Assembly: GCA_045159875.1 (NCBI GenBank)
Contig: CP067995.1
Location: 1,376,001 to 1,440,000 of the forward strand
From: a cyanobacterium endosymbiont of Rhopalodia gibba
Lineage (GTDB): Bacteria; Cyanobacteriota; Cyanobacteriia; Cyanobacteriales; Microcystaceae
Direction: 5' to 3'
Length of the DNA: 64,000 nucleotides
How positions within the stretch are numbered: position 1 is the stretch's first letter; each line of letters begins with the position of its first letter. The translations under genes and the position numbers were made by a program. Below, piece after piece: positions 11,151 through 21,927 of this stretch. Below the pieces are notes generated by a model. That model was not told where the DNA came from. It ran no database searches and saw only the letters and a list, made by a program, of their open reading frames with translations.

Positions 11151-11158
11151 CTTAACCA

Positions 11159-11818
11159 ATGCTTAAAGCAATACTCTTTGATCTAGATGGAACAATTGCC
11201 CATACTGACACAATTCACTTCTCGATATGGCAATCTTGGCTACAGAAATATGGGCTAAACATTGACTTATCTTTTTATCAGCAAAATATTAATGGCCGAC
11301 ATAACCAGGATTTTTTACGTCAATGGCTATCAGAACTTTCTGAGGAGGAAATTCAACAATTAAGTAATGATAAAGAAGCCTATTTTCGGAAAATAGCACA
11401 AGACCAGTTGCGACCGCTCATGGGACTGTCCACTCTACTCGATTGGCTGAGGGATTGTCAGCTTAAGTCGGCAGTTGTTACCAATGCCCCTCGTTCTAAT
11501 GCTAATTTTATGCTAGAAGCTCTTAAACTCCATGACTTCTGGGAGACGATTATCGTAGGGGAAGAGTTACCCAAAGCTAAACCAGACCCTTATCCTTACC
11601 AAGAAGCTTTACGTTGTTTGAATATTGCCCCCGACGAAGCCCTTGTTTTTGAAGATTCTCCTACTGGTATTTATTCTTCCGTAGGTGCAGGGATTTTTAC
11701 TGTGGGCATCTCTACCACTCATTCGGAAAGGGTATTGTCCGAATGTGGTGCTAAATTGATTATCCATGATTTTAGTGATCCGCGATTAAAAACTATCGGA
11801 GTGTTAGATAATATCTAG
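11159..11818 (+). CDS. HAD-superfamily hydrolase, subfamily IA variant 3 (sugar-phosphate phosphatase / beta-PGM-like)
   Basis: Motif I FDLDGT, motif II VVTN, motif III KPDP, motif IV FEDSPTG. Confidence 0.9.
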   Translation: MLKAILFDLDGTIAHTDTIHFSIWQSWLQKYGLNIDLSFYQQNINGRHNQDFLRQWLSELSEEEIQQLSNDKEAYFRKIAQDQLRPLMGLSTLLDWLRDCQLKSAVVTNAPRSNANFMLEALKLHDFWETIIVGEELPKAKPDPYPYQEALRCLNIAPDEALVFEDSPTGIYSSVGAGIFTVGISTTHSERVLSECGAKLIIHDFSDPRLKTIGVLDNI

Positions 11819-13055
11819 ATCACTATCTTCTCTGTCCTGTCGGACAATTCCCTTCCCTCCCCATCTTTAAATTTTTTTTTTCTTTGATTTCTGAATCGAA
11901 AAACTCTCTACAGTAAATTTTTTAACAAGCTAATTACCTATTCAGCCTAATACATCGACTTGTTTTATCGATAAATAACAAAATAACTCGGCGAACTTTT
12001 ATTTTTAGTAGAACTGCAGTAGCTGCTATTGTCAGTACTCAATTTTTTATTCAACAAAACAGCAATTATAAATCAATGATCTCTATTCTGAGATAGACTC
12101 AGGATTTAAAGATTTATACCGCCTATAAATAGACTGGATACACAGAAAACTCATACACAGCTCGAAATTTTGTACAGGTTTATCTATGCTAACAGAGGTA
12201 TTAGCGGAGAATAAACTGGTGTTCGGTCTAACATAATTAACATAAAGTAATATCAAATAGGCAACAATTTGAGGTAATTGACCATAAAATGAGTGTTTAT
12301 CGTTCAGTGTAGAGTTATGTCTTGAGAGAACGTAAAGACTGCTTAGTAGTTCGTAAATAAATCACTCATCAATGTTTGCTCTCTAATATGAAAAATATAT
12401 TGTAATTCTTGATGTTTCTATCCTTATCATCATAAGCAGTCTTAGAGTCTAACCAGCAGCGAGGAGAATTGATAACATTCTTAAAACAGTTGGTGCTTAA
12501 ATTTTACAATAAGTTTAAAGCATTTTAGACGGAGTTTTTTACTGACATATAATTAAAAAAATTATGCCCTTCTTGTTCTTAAAACAAGTAAGTACAGGAT
12601 GCGTTGCGTCTTTATTAAGAACTTGACTAGGCACGTTTTATAGTGAGCTAATGACAGACTCCTATCGAAATAGACTTATAAAAGTGGTTCCTGTAGTTTA
12701 TACTTGACGAGTCTGTAAACAAAACAGCATATTACAATGATTATCCGGGGCATAAGTTCTATAAAAGGATGATAACTGACTGGATTATAAAATACTTTTT
12801 TACAATTAATTTTTTAGAATAAATACTGTTAATTGAGGAACAGGCTTAGAATACTGTTCGGATTTTTGATGAAAATGATTCAAATCAAAAAACACTTTAA
12901 TAAGATTTAAGACAGGACTTTAAATTAAAAGTACCATGTCTCAATAAATATTGCCTTCAGCATAGAATTACCGCTATTTATAATTAACCATTTAGAACAG
13001 CCTACGGGTAGTGCAGGGAAAGATAGATGATTTTTCCGCAAGTGGGCTTAGATTC

Positions 13056-14987
13056 TTAATGATTAGTTTCGATAACGAGATCATTTGTTAGTGGACCGGC
13101 AGACTTAGAGGGGGTAGGAGGCTTTTTCACGGAATAAGGAGTAGAAGGAGTAGGAGGGTTAAGTGCTCTTTGCCAAACTCTGATTTGAGTTTGAGCCCCA
13201 TGATAGGAAGTACTCTCAGCTGGAATGATCTGGGCAAGATCAATGGCTTCTTGGAACAAATCTTTGCGAGCCTTATCTTCGGCAATAGACAACAGTTGAT
13301 AACTCCATCGGTTGAGGGCTTGTCGGCTTCGATTACTAAGCTGAGTAGAGCCGGGAATTTTACGGATGACCTCAATGGCTGATCCCAAGGCTTGAGATGT
13401 TCCTCCTTGGGCCATGAGATAAGCTTCTTGAAAATCCTTTTGAGCTTTAATTTCTTGTTGCCACTGACGGATTTTATTTTGGGCTTCTCGAAAGAGAACC
13501 CGACCTCGGTCAATTTGTCTAGCAGCCTGAATTGCGCCATTATAATTTTTGGAATTTCCTAAAAAGATAGCTTGCTCAAGAATCGGTTGATCTTCTTGCC
13601 GTTGAATACTCGCACGCCACTGATGAATACTTCTTTGTGCTTCATCATAAAGAGTTCGGTTAAAAGTAATCAGACTAGCTTTAGTGATCGCTTCTTGTAA
13701 AGCCACAACAGTTCCCCCACGGACAATATCTTGAGCTTGATCTAAAATTGCTCGATCTTCAACTCGTTGAACCTCCAGAATCCAGGCTTGAATTTTTTGA
13801 CGTACTTCTTGGTAGCGAGGGTTGCCCGAAGGAATTAATTCGGCATAGGCAATTGCGGCATTTAAGTCGTTAATAGTTCCCCCGCGGGCTAAGTTTTGAG
13901 CTTCTTTAAAACGGGTAACATCCTCGATTTCGAGCTGCCAACGATTAATTAAATCTTGGGCTTTTTGGTATAAAGGACGATTAGCGTCAATTACTTGGGC
14001 TGAAGTAATTGCTATTTCTAGGCTTTCTACCGTACCTATTTTTGCTTCCATACCTGCATTGGACAAAGCTTTCCAGTCATCAATCTCTTCTGTTAGTAAA
14101 AGGCTCTGGGGGAGGCGATTAACCACATCGAGGAGGGGTTGCCAACGACGAGCTTCTAATAACCCTTCGATATGATTGACTAGCTTGTTTTTAGCATTCT
14201 CAATTAAGTTTTGGGCTTCTCGGTGCGCGTAACTGTTGTTAGAAATTTTTTTGGCATCAGCAATCGCTGTCAGCCAATTATCGACTCCTCCTCGAAGGAA
14301 TATCCGATAGGCTTTACTAAGTCTCTTGTTTTCTTCTTGGGCTAATTGAATTTGTTTAACAGTTGTATCGTATTCGGTTGTTGCCCAATATTTGTTTGGT
14401 AGACTCAGCAGTTTAACGGCTGAACGGAAGGCCTTATTCCATTCTGATTTTCGTAGTCTTTCTTCAACTTCGGCAAAAATTTCTTCTCCTTTTTGCCACA
14501 GTGATCGCCATTTTTCAATTCTTTCTTCAACCACATTATAAACTTGAACGTGACTAGGAACTTTACGAGCGATAGTGATAGCCTCTTGGAGTTGTCCACT
14601 TTGGAATTTTTCTTCAGCGATATCGAGAATAGCGATCGCCCATTCCTCTACACTCTTGTTGATTTCACTTCGCAGGGAATGATCTGAGGGTAAGGCTTCT
14701 ACTAGATTGATAGCTTTGAGTAAACTGTCTACGGTTCCTTCAGCTGCTTCAAGTTGAGCACAATAGATCCGCATCGAGGCTGAGGCGATTGGCCAGAAAA
14801 TCCTAGTACATTGGGGAGATTTTGGCAATTTAAGTAACATAGAAGTGGCAGTAAATCCTACCATTCCCGATGCAAAAATCAGGGCAATTATCCATAGTTG
14901 CCAAGGTAATTTACCCAAGTTCAAAACAACTTTATTTTTATCGTAAAATTCTTTGACTGCGATTAGCGATTTAGTAGATTGATTCAT
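13056..14987 (-). CDS. Conserved cyanobacterial membrane-anchored helical-repeat protein (often mis-annotated 'chromosome segregation ATPase')
   Basis: N-terminal TM helix, CxRIFWPIASASMRIYCAQ motif and many AI..A..I.....Y..AQ..I..W repeats; no Walker A seen. Confidence 0.75.
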   Translation of the reverse strand: MNQSTKSLIAVKEFYDKNKVVLNLGKLPWQLWIIALIFASGMVGFTATSMLLKLPKSPQCTRIFWPIASASMRIYCAQLEAAEGTVDSLLKAINLVEALPSDHSLRSEINKSVEEWAIAILDIAEEKFQSGQLQEAITIARKVPSHVQVYNVVEERIEKWRSLWQKGEEIFAEVEERLRKSEWNKAFRSAVKLLSLPNKYWATTEYDTTVKQIQLAQEENKRLSKAYRIFLRGGVDNWLTAIADAKKISNNSYAHREAQNLIENAKNKLVNHIEGLLEARRWQPLLDVVNRLPQSLLLTEEIDDWKALSNAGMEAKIGTVESLEIAITSAQVIDANRPLYQKAQDLINRWQLEIEDVTRFKEAQNLARGGTINDLNAAIAYAELIPSGNPRYQEVRQKIQAWILEVQRVEDRAILDQAQDIVRGGTVVALQEAITKASLITFNRTLYDEAQRSIHQWRASIQRQEDQPILEQAIFLGNSKNYNGAIQAARQIDRGRVLFREAQNKIRQWQQEIKAQKDFQEAYLMAQGGTSQALGSAIEVIRKIPGSTQLSNRSRQALNRWSYQLLSIAEDKARKDLFQEAIDLAQIIPAESTSYHGAQTQIRVWQRALNPPTPSTPYSVKKPPTPSKSAGPLTNDLVIETNH

Positions 14988-15237
14988 AGCTCAAGAGACC
15001 ATAATACCTTGATGTTTCTTCATCACCCACAAAGGTTTCGTTGGTCATTATCCCTAAATTCTTCTGAAGTGGCAAATCATAACCGAATAATCTTGAGACA
15101 TTCCGAGTTTCTGTCAAAACTTAGTGGTCTTTAGGGGATGATTCATTATAGATTAAGAACTGACGTATCTTTCAAAAGATACTGGCCTTTTGAGTATTTG
15201 TTGTATTGTGATTACAGTTTTACCCAATCATTTGATT

Positions 15238-15672
15238 ATGGCAGAAGAAACTACTCCTAACGCTGAACTAACAGCTAAAAAAAAGGGGAAACCCCCTGCT
15301 CTTGAAGATAAACCTTTTACTGAATTTATGGAGCAGCATTTTACCCCAACTTTGTACAAAAAATTGACTGAAACGGGACTAATTGATATTGAATTATCTT
15401 TTTCTCAGGGAAAATCAGCTATTCCTGGTGTTAATACTAACGAGCCATATTGGCAGGTTATTGGAACTTGGAATAGGGGTCAACGTCAGTTTAACTTATA
15501 CTTTCTAGAAGAAGATATTAACGGATCTAAAACTTTTTCCTATGGGGTTAATGGACTTCCTCCAAGTACCATTGAGTCGTTTATGATTGATGAACGAAAA
15601 GTAACTTTAGATTTAATGGTATTGTATACGTTACAACGCCTTAACGGTCAAAAGTGGCTCACTCGTAATTAA
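15238..15672 (+). CDS. ndhV: DUF2996 family protein, NDH-1 subunit NdhV
   Basis: KKKGKPPALEDKPFTEF...PSTIESFMIDERKVTLDLMVLYTLQRLNGQKWL; ATG 15238 preferred over TTG 15190. Confidence 0.8.
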   Translation: MAEETTPNAELTAKKKGKPPALEDKPFTEFMEQHFTPTLYKKLTETGLIDIELSFSQGKSAIPGVNTNEPYWQVIGTWNRGQRQFNLYFLEEDINGSKTFSYGVNGLPPSTIESFMIDERKVTLDLMVLYTLQRLNGQKWLTRN

Positions 15673-15714
15673 TTCCAATCCTCTTTAACGGGTAACTTGC
15701 TGGAGGCAAGTTCT

Positions 15715-15759
15715 AACAAGACCAAAGGGCATAAATATTGTATGCCTTTTGGTCTTGTT
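15715..15759 (+). terminator. 19-bp stem-loop after ndhV
   Basis: aacaagaccaaagggcata-7 nt-tatgccttttggtcttgtt, with one G-U pair. Confidence 0.7.
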
Positions 15760-16073
15760 CATTCATAAGGAAGGATTATGTTAACAACAAGTCAAGCCAT
15801 TAATCATAGATGAATTGTTTGATAATTTTCTAGCTTATCAAGCTAAGCCTAAAGACACTTAAGAGTGGGTAAATATCTAAGAGATATACACCACCGTGTG
15901 TGCATGTAAAAGGCAATGTTTTTGACAATGTCAGATGTCTTAATACCGTCCTCGACCAGAGTCAGATATCATTGAATCATTAACTACCTTAAAAAACGAC
16001 AAAATTTTTTCTGAATGTTTTTTGATAGAGAGTCTCTCGAAAGAGACTATTTTTATTCTGGAGGTATTACCCC

Positions 16074-17255
16074 ATGGAATTTGTTTGCAGTCAAGGTGAA
16101 CTTAACAATAACCTTTCTCTAGTCAGTCGTGCTGTTCCTTCCCGTCCCACCCACCCTGTGTTAGGCAATGTATTAGTAGTGGTGGATGCCGACAAAGGAC
16201 GAGTTAGCCTTACTGCTTTCGATCTCAGTTTAGGCATTGAAACCAGCTTTAGTGCTGATGTTAAACAAGGAGGAAAAATTACCCTGCCAGCTAAATTGCT
16301 CAATGACCTTGTTTCACGACTTCCAGAGGGAGAAATTACCTTTATCACTAACAAAGATGCTCTAGAGAACGACAACCAGTTAATTATCCTCAAATCTGCA
16401 TCAGGACAGTTTCAACTACAAACTATGAGTGCTGAAGAATTTCCTGAACTTCCTACAGTAGAAAAAGGAGACACCCTTAAATTACCTATCGCCATGTTAA
16501 CCGAAGGGTTAAAAGGATCTTTATTTGCCGCCAGTAGTGATGAAACTAAACAAGTTTTAACAGGAGTTCATGTTGCCGGAACTCTTGATGGTTTGGAATT
16601 CGCCGCCACTGATGGACACCGTTTAGCAGTGGTAAAAACCCCTCTACCAACTGAAACAGATGGGGAAGAAGAGGCAAAAGGAATACCTGAAGGAGATTTT
16701 ACAGAATTTGCGGTCACTATTCCGTCCAGAGCTTTACGGGAATTAGAGCGGATGTTTGGTAATCGTCAGGGGACAGATACAGTAACCTTATATGTGGACA
16801 ATGCTCAGATAGTGTTTGAATTAGGAGAACAGCGGCTCACCAGTCGTAAATTAGATGGAACATACCCCTCCTATGATCAACTAATCCCCCTTCAATTTGC
16901 ACGGACAGTGAGTCTAGATCGAAAGCGATTTATAAGTAGTCTTGAACGCGTAGCTGTATTAGCCGATCAAAGAAATAATTTAGTTAAATGTACGATTGAT
17001 GAAGAAAAAGGGCAAATATCGTTATTGGTAGAAGCGCAGGGCTTGGGCAAGGCTAAGGAATCTATACCGGCCCAAATTACCGGAGAAAGCGGCGATGTTG
17101 CTTTTAACGTTAAATATCTGATGGATGGACTCAAAGCGTTACCAACCAAAGAATTTCAGATGCAATTAAATGCAAGTAATCAACCCGTAATCTTAACTCC
17201 TTTAGGAGGAATAAAAATGATCTATCTAGTGATGCCTGTACAGATTGTACGATAA
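16074..17255 (+). CDS. dnaN: DNA polymerase III beta sliding clamp
   Basis: SRAVPSRPTHPVLGNV, AATDGHRLA, YPSYDQLIP, AFNVKYLMDGLK and YLVMPVQI. Confidence 0.97.
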   Translation: MEFVCSQGELNNNLSLVSRAVPSRPTHPVLGNVLVVVDADKGRVSLTAFDLSLGIETSFSADVKQGGKITLPAKLLNDLVSRLPEGEITFITNKDALENDNQLIILKSASGQFQLQTMSAEEFPELPTVEKGDTLKLPIAMLTEGLKGSLFAASSDETKQVLTGVHVAGTLDGLEFAATDGHRLAVVKTPLPTETDGEEEAKGIPEGDFTEFAVTIPSRALRELERMFGNRQGTDTVTLYVDNAQIVFELGEQRLTSRKLDGTYPSYDQLIPLQFARTVSLDRKRFISSLERVAVLADQRNNLVKCTIDEEKGQISLLVEAQGLGKAKESIPAQITGESGDVAFNVKYLMDGLKALPTKEFQMQLNASNQPVILTPLGGIKMIYLVMPVQIVR

Positions 17256-17489
17256 GCTTAAGCTGTTCACTATGCTAATACCAAACTCAATTATAAAAGT
17301 TGACTTATAAATTTCTTTCTTGGAAACTCTCCACTCCGAAGCCCTCTGCTCTAGCAAAGAGAAAATATGGGGTCCAAGTTCAGTATCAACCCTGTCTAGT
17401 TGAATGGAATTGATCAAAATTTGTATAATTCAGTCAAAAATGCTACAATTAGATTAAAACAAATAGCAAGCTTAAACAAAAAATATTTA

Positions 17490-18200
17490 TAAATGACTAA
17501 ATAGTCATTCCGTTGAGAGAAAAGAGATGCCGTTCTTATTTAAAAAAAGGTAAAATTATGACTATTGTGATTTCTCTTTGCAGCTGAAAACATAAAATCT
17601 GTGATTGGTAAAATCCATTACAGGTCTTTCCTAATTGCAGAAAAGCACTTCTTAAATCGGGTCAGCTATAGTTGCCAGTTAGCTATAATTGTTCCGTGAG
17701 GCTTATGCTCTGGGCAGTGACGTTGCTGGACTATTTTTTCCAGACTTATAAAGAAAAAATCATAGAAATTAGTTGCATCAATTCTGCTCTAATCGAAGTT
17801 TTCCATCAAGCTTAAAGTGGAGCACATACCAAGTTTTTAAAAGTTTAATCGAATGAAACCAAAATGTTATAGGATGGCATTACGGATTCAAACTACGTTT
17901 AATTATAAATTGCTATGGTCAATACTTAATTGACAAATGGTTTAGAGACTAAGAAGAATATATTGTTCAAAAATGCTTTGACAAGTCATATAAACAAGGA
18001 TATCAAGTAACTCTTCCTCATTAACAGAAGATGAGGCAACATTTAGTGAAATCGATCAATACATACAATTTAACTTAGCAAGTGTTATTTGATTAAAACG
18101 ATTAACTTAAAAATATCTCTCGGATTTAATTTCTAGGAAATTAAAGTGTTTGGAACTGTTTTTTTACTTTTTTTATTCGATTGACTGCTTATACATAATT
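17490..18200 (+). mobile_element. Decayed IS982-family transposase, copy 1
   Basis: Fragments in the expected order: EKRCRS..IMTIVI, VSYNCSVRLMLW, ISCINSALIEV, QVFKSLIE*NQNVIGWHYGFKLRLIIN, QKCFDKSYKQG, ND*LKNISRI, SVWNC..LTAYT. They match the IS982 DDE motifs (GWHFGFKLHLIIN, NDQLKN, RSVWNF). Confidence 0.8.
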
Positions 18201-18419
18201 TATATAAAAAACTTATTACAATTAAGGTAGAAGGATAGTCTGAGCTTGTATTTTTTTGTTTGTAAACAAAGAATACAGTCCTAATTGTTGACGATTACTA
18301 TTCTAGGTGATGGTTAACTTCCTTGCATTGCATTCATAAAAACTCCTTCACTTGCTTATCCTCCGTAAGGAAAAGCGGCAACGAAACTAGATGTACCAAG
18401 TAATTCAGTATGAAGCATC

Positions 18420-18705
18420 TTTTTTTGATTAAGTTAAGTGTTAAATTAAACGACATATGGGAGGGATACTAACTTTAACACCTATTTTGTCTTGTAAGTA
18501 AGTGCTTAGTTCTTGCACAATAGCATCGTTATTTTGTTCTAGCAATCCATAACATCAAGTTATTCTGTCTCAATTGAAGGAAGTTTTCCTCTGCTGTGAG
18601 AGAACAATTGTGTGCTTGTCATTACTTCCTAAAGTCTAAAGAGACAATTAACAAAAATAATTGACTCAAAAACGTTTTACCCACCTTCCATGTAATGGAA
18701 AGCCG
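18420..18705 (-). mobile_element. IS630-family transposase N-terminal (ORF A) remnant
   Basis: Minus strand SITWKVGKTF... and GLLEQNNDAIVQELSTYLQDKIGVKVSIPPICRLI*HLT*SKK resemble the IS630 motif NDATLEEL....GV.VS...CR.L..L...KK. Confidence 0.6.
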
Positions 18706-18986
18706 CCGTTATCAAACCTTGAAACCAAGGCTTATAAAATATTTGAAAGACTTGAAAAAATTCTTATAGTTAAGCTGGAGTTTAGATGCAAACCTTGATT
18801 TGCTGTCGCTGAAGTCGAGGTAGTTGACGAGATTACATAACCCACCTGACAAATGTTGAAGATGATGTTAAAATAATTGCTCCAAGACGCAGCGTCCCCC
18901 CAAGGCTGACTAGAATTTAGATCTGAGTCTAACTTTGTAATTAATCTCAACCATAATTAAATTAAGTATTCATAACATTAAATAAC

Positions 18987-21413
18987 ATGGTGCAACTGTC
19001 CCCCAAAACTCAAGAAACTCCTTCCCAACTTAAGACAGAAACCGTTGTCTTAGACGTACACGAGATGAAGTGTGCCGGATGTGTCAAAGCAGTGGAAAGG
19101 CAGTTAAGTCAACAGTTTGGGGTCATATCTGCCTGTGTTAACCTAATTACCGAAGTTGCCGTTGTTGAATATGAATTGGGGAAAGTTCAACCCCAAGCTC
19201 TAGCTGATAAACTGACTAGCGTTGGCTTTTCCGCTAATTTAAGGAACTCGTCAAAGCCGATCTTAAGCCTAACCCATTCGAATGCAGCTAGACGGAAGGA
19301 AAAACAAAAGCGACAATATCAATGGAAACTGACTACTGCTGCAATCTTATTAGTGTTTTCAGGGCTAGGACACCTACAACATTTAGGAAGTCTTACGATT
19401 CCCCTGCTCAGTAATGTATGGTTCCATGGGGGGCTGGCCACTTTAGCCTTATCAATTCCTGGACGAGAAATTATTATCGATGGTTGGCGGGGATTACGTT
19501 ACGGGATGGCCAATATGAATACCCTAGTGGGATTAGGAACAGTAAGTGCCTATGTTGCAAGTTTAATCGCCTTGTTATTTCCCCATTTGGGGTGGGAATG
19601 TTTCTTTGATGAGCCTGTCATGCTCTTGGGGTTTATTTTATTGGGACGCACCTTAGAAGGACAGGCAAGAAACCGTGCCTCCGATGCCTTAGAAGCTTTA
19701 ATTGCTTTACAACCGTCTGTCGCCCGTTTGATCGGTGATCCCTTGACAGAAGATACTTCTAGCATCGAAATTCCTGTTGAACAAGTGCAGATGGGAGAAT
19801 GGATCCGGGTTCTCCCAGGGGAAAAGATTCCTGTTGACGGAGAAGTAGTGACAGGAGAAACCCTTATAAATGAATCGTTAGTCACAGGGGAATCGGTACT
19901 AATTCCTAAACAAGCTAAAGATAAGGTGATTGCCGGAACCCTTAACCAGTCAGGAGCGATCACCATTAAAACAACCCATGTCGGAAACGATACCACTTTA
20001 GCCCGGATTATTACCTCTGTTGAAGATGCCCAAACTCGCAAAGCTCCCATTCAAAAATTTGTTGATACAGTTGCTGGTTATTTTGCTTATGGGGTGATGG
20101 TGCTTGCCTTACTGACTTTAGTATTTTGGCTAGTGGTCGGAACAAAAATCTATCCTCAGGTCTTGGAAATGACCAGTCATAGCCACTCAATAGGAGTTCA
20201 AAAAACAGAAGTTGCCTTCTTGTCATCTCCTCTTCCTCTTTCCTCTTCTCCCATGTTATTAAGTATAAGGTTAGCGATCGCTGTTTTAGTAGTAGCTTGT
20301 CCCTGTGCTTTGGGGTTAGCGACTCCTACCGCTATTTTAGTGGGAACAGGGATCGGAGCCGAACGGGGGTTATTGATCAAAGGAGGAGATGTCTTAGAAA
20401 AGGTGCATCAACTTGATACTATTGTGTTTGATAAAACAGGAACTTTAACTTTCGGATGTCCGAAGGTAACCGACTGTATTCCCCTAACCCCAATTAGCCC
20501 TCAAAGACTGCTACAATTGGCTGCAACGATTGAAAGTGGCACGAATCATCCCCTAGCGACCGCTATTTTAGAAGAAGCTCAACGTCAGAAATTGCTTCTC
20601 CTGAAGGCTGAGCATTTTCAAACTCAAGCAGGACTGGGGGTAAGTGCAATAGTTGAAGGAAAATCGGTTTTATTAGGTCACAAAGACTGGTTGAAAGAAC
20701 AGGGTATTATCTTAAACGAAGAACAAGCCTTAATCAAAGAAGACAAAACCCTAGTTTATGTAGTACTTGAGAAGGAAGTACAGGGAGTTATCGTCCTCGA
20801 AGATACCTTACGTCCTGATGCAAAAGAAACCATAACCCGTCTTCAAGAAAAGGGACTAGAGGTTATTTTAGTAACAGGCGACCGCCAGATTGTTGCCGAG
20901 TCCATCGCCCAACAACTGGGCATTAATCAAGTATTTGCCCAAGTTCGACCTAATGAAAAAGCTATTATCATCCACTCTCTTCAACAACAGAAGACCAAAG
21001 ATCAAATGTCTTCTCTTTTAGTCTCTCACCCCGGATTCAAAAAAGTTGCTATGGTTGGAGACGGTATTAACGATGCTCCAGCATTGGCTCAAGCAGACTT
21101 AGGAGTGTCCTTGCAAGGAGCTACAGAAGTAGCTTTAGATACAGCAGATATTGTCTTGATGGGAACACATTTATTATCAGTGGTTCAAGCCATTGACCTG
21201 AGTTTAGCGACCTTCAATAAAATCCGTCAAAATCTCTTTTGGGCTTTAGGGTACAATCTTCTAGCCATTCCAATTGCCGCAGGTATCCTACTACCAACCC
21301 TAGGAGTCAGTGTTAGTCCGGCTTTAGCGGGAGGGTTAATGGCTTGTAGTTCCATTACTGTAGTCACGAATTCCCTATTATTGCGTCGTCAATTTCCAAA
21401 TCAATCCGACTAG
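18987..21413 (+). CDS. ctaA: Cu(I)-transporting P1B-type ATPase, CtaA/PAA1-like
   Basis: HMA motif MKCAGC, TGES, CPCALGLATP, DKTGT, HP, GDGINDAPALA, YN and MxxSS motifs. Confidence 0.85.
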   Translation: MVQLSPKTQETPSQLKTETVVLDVHEMKCAGCVKAVERQLSQQFGVISACVNLITEVAVVEYELGKVQPQALADKLTSVGFSANLRNSSKPILSLTHSNAARRKEKQKRQYQWKLTTAAILLVFSGLGHLQHLGSLTIPLLSNVWFHGGLATLALSIPGREIIIDGWRGLRYGMANMNTLVGLGTVSAYVASLIALLFPHLGWECFFDEPVMLLGFILLGRTLEGQARNRASDALEALIALQPSVARLIGDPLTEDTSSIEIPVEQVQMGEWIRVLPGEKIPVDGEVVTGETLINESLVTGESVLIPKQAKDKVIAGTLNQSGAITIKTTHVGNDTTLARIITSVEDAQTRKAPIQKFVDTVAGYFAYGVMVLALLTLVFWLVVGTKIYPQVLEMTSHSHSIGVQKTEVAFLSSPLPLSSSPMLLSIRLAIAVLVVACPCALGLATPTAILVGTGIGAERGLLIKGGDVLEKVHQLDTIVFDKTGTLTFGCPKVTDCIPLTPISPQRLLQLAATIESGTNHPLATAILEEAQRQKLLLLKAEHFQTQAGLGVSAIVEGKSVLLGHKDWLKEQGIILNEEQALIKEDKTLVYVVLEKEVQGVIVLEDTLRPDAKETITRLQEKGLEVILVTGDRQIVAESIAQQLGINQVFAQVRPNEKAIIIHSLQQQKTKDQMSSLLVSHPGFKKVAMVGDGINDAPALAQADLGVSLQGATEVALDTADIVLMGTHLLSVVQAIDLSLATFNKIRQNLFWALGYNLLAIPIAAGILLPTLGVSVSPALAGGLMACSSITVVTNSLLLRRQFPNQSD

Positions 21414-21426
21414 TGACTTAGATTAT

Positions 21427-21477
21427 GGGAAACTTCATCTCATCTGTCTGGGAGAGCCTGATGAGATGAAGTTTCCC
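21427..21477. terminator. 18-bp perfect inverted repeat between convergent genes, followed by a C12 tract
   Basis: gggaaacttcatctcatc-15 nt-gatgagatgaagtttccc; poly-C at 21475-21486. Confidence 0.75.
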
Positions 21478-21521
21478 CCCCCCCCCGAATTTTTGCTCAC
21501 TTTTGATGTACTTGATAATAA

Positions 21522-21869
21522 TTAACTTGTAGCAGAGGCAACTAAATGCCATTGTTGATGTTGACTGATTATTTCCTGAATCTGTTCAAATCGTTGTTGA
21601 CAATGGTTAGTAACTTGTAATGGTAATTCATCATTTTTGATCACCCAAGTAATAGGAACCTCATCACTCTTTGCTTTAGTACTATCAATCAGAATTTCCA
21701 CTGTCACTAATTTAGAGAAAACTACCTGACCGGGAATTTCTCGTGCCATTATATAATCCGTTGCATGGTAAACTGATTCGAGTCCACACGATTGTAAAAC
21801 TCTGTCGATTGCTTGTGGGAGTTGGTCTAAAGGCAAACTAACTAGATAAGAAGAAGTATATCGAGCCAT
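21522..21869 (-). CDS. Conserved cyanobacterial hypothetical protein
   Basis: 115 aa, MARYT...DYIMAREIPGQVVFSKLVTVEILID...KNDELPLQVTNHC; clean ORF. Confidence 0.75.
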   Translation of the reverse strand: MARYTSSYLVSLPLDQLPQAIDRVLQSCGLESVYHATDYIMAREIPGQVVFSKLVTVEILIDSTKAKSDEVPITWVIKNDELPLQVTNHCQQRFEQIQEIISQHQQWHLVASATS

Positions 21870-21927
21870 AAATCTAAAATTCCTAATTTTAAGATAGATT
21901 AATTCAAACTGTTGCCTGTTATCTTAT

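Noticed and set aside
15760..16073. oriC or a dnaA remnant upstream of dnaN (a YTTVCACK stretch resembling DHTTV)
   Set aside because: The match is only a few residues, I saw no DnaA-box cluster, and dnaA and dnaN are often unlinked in this group.
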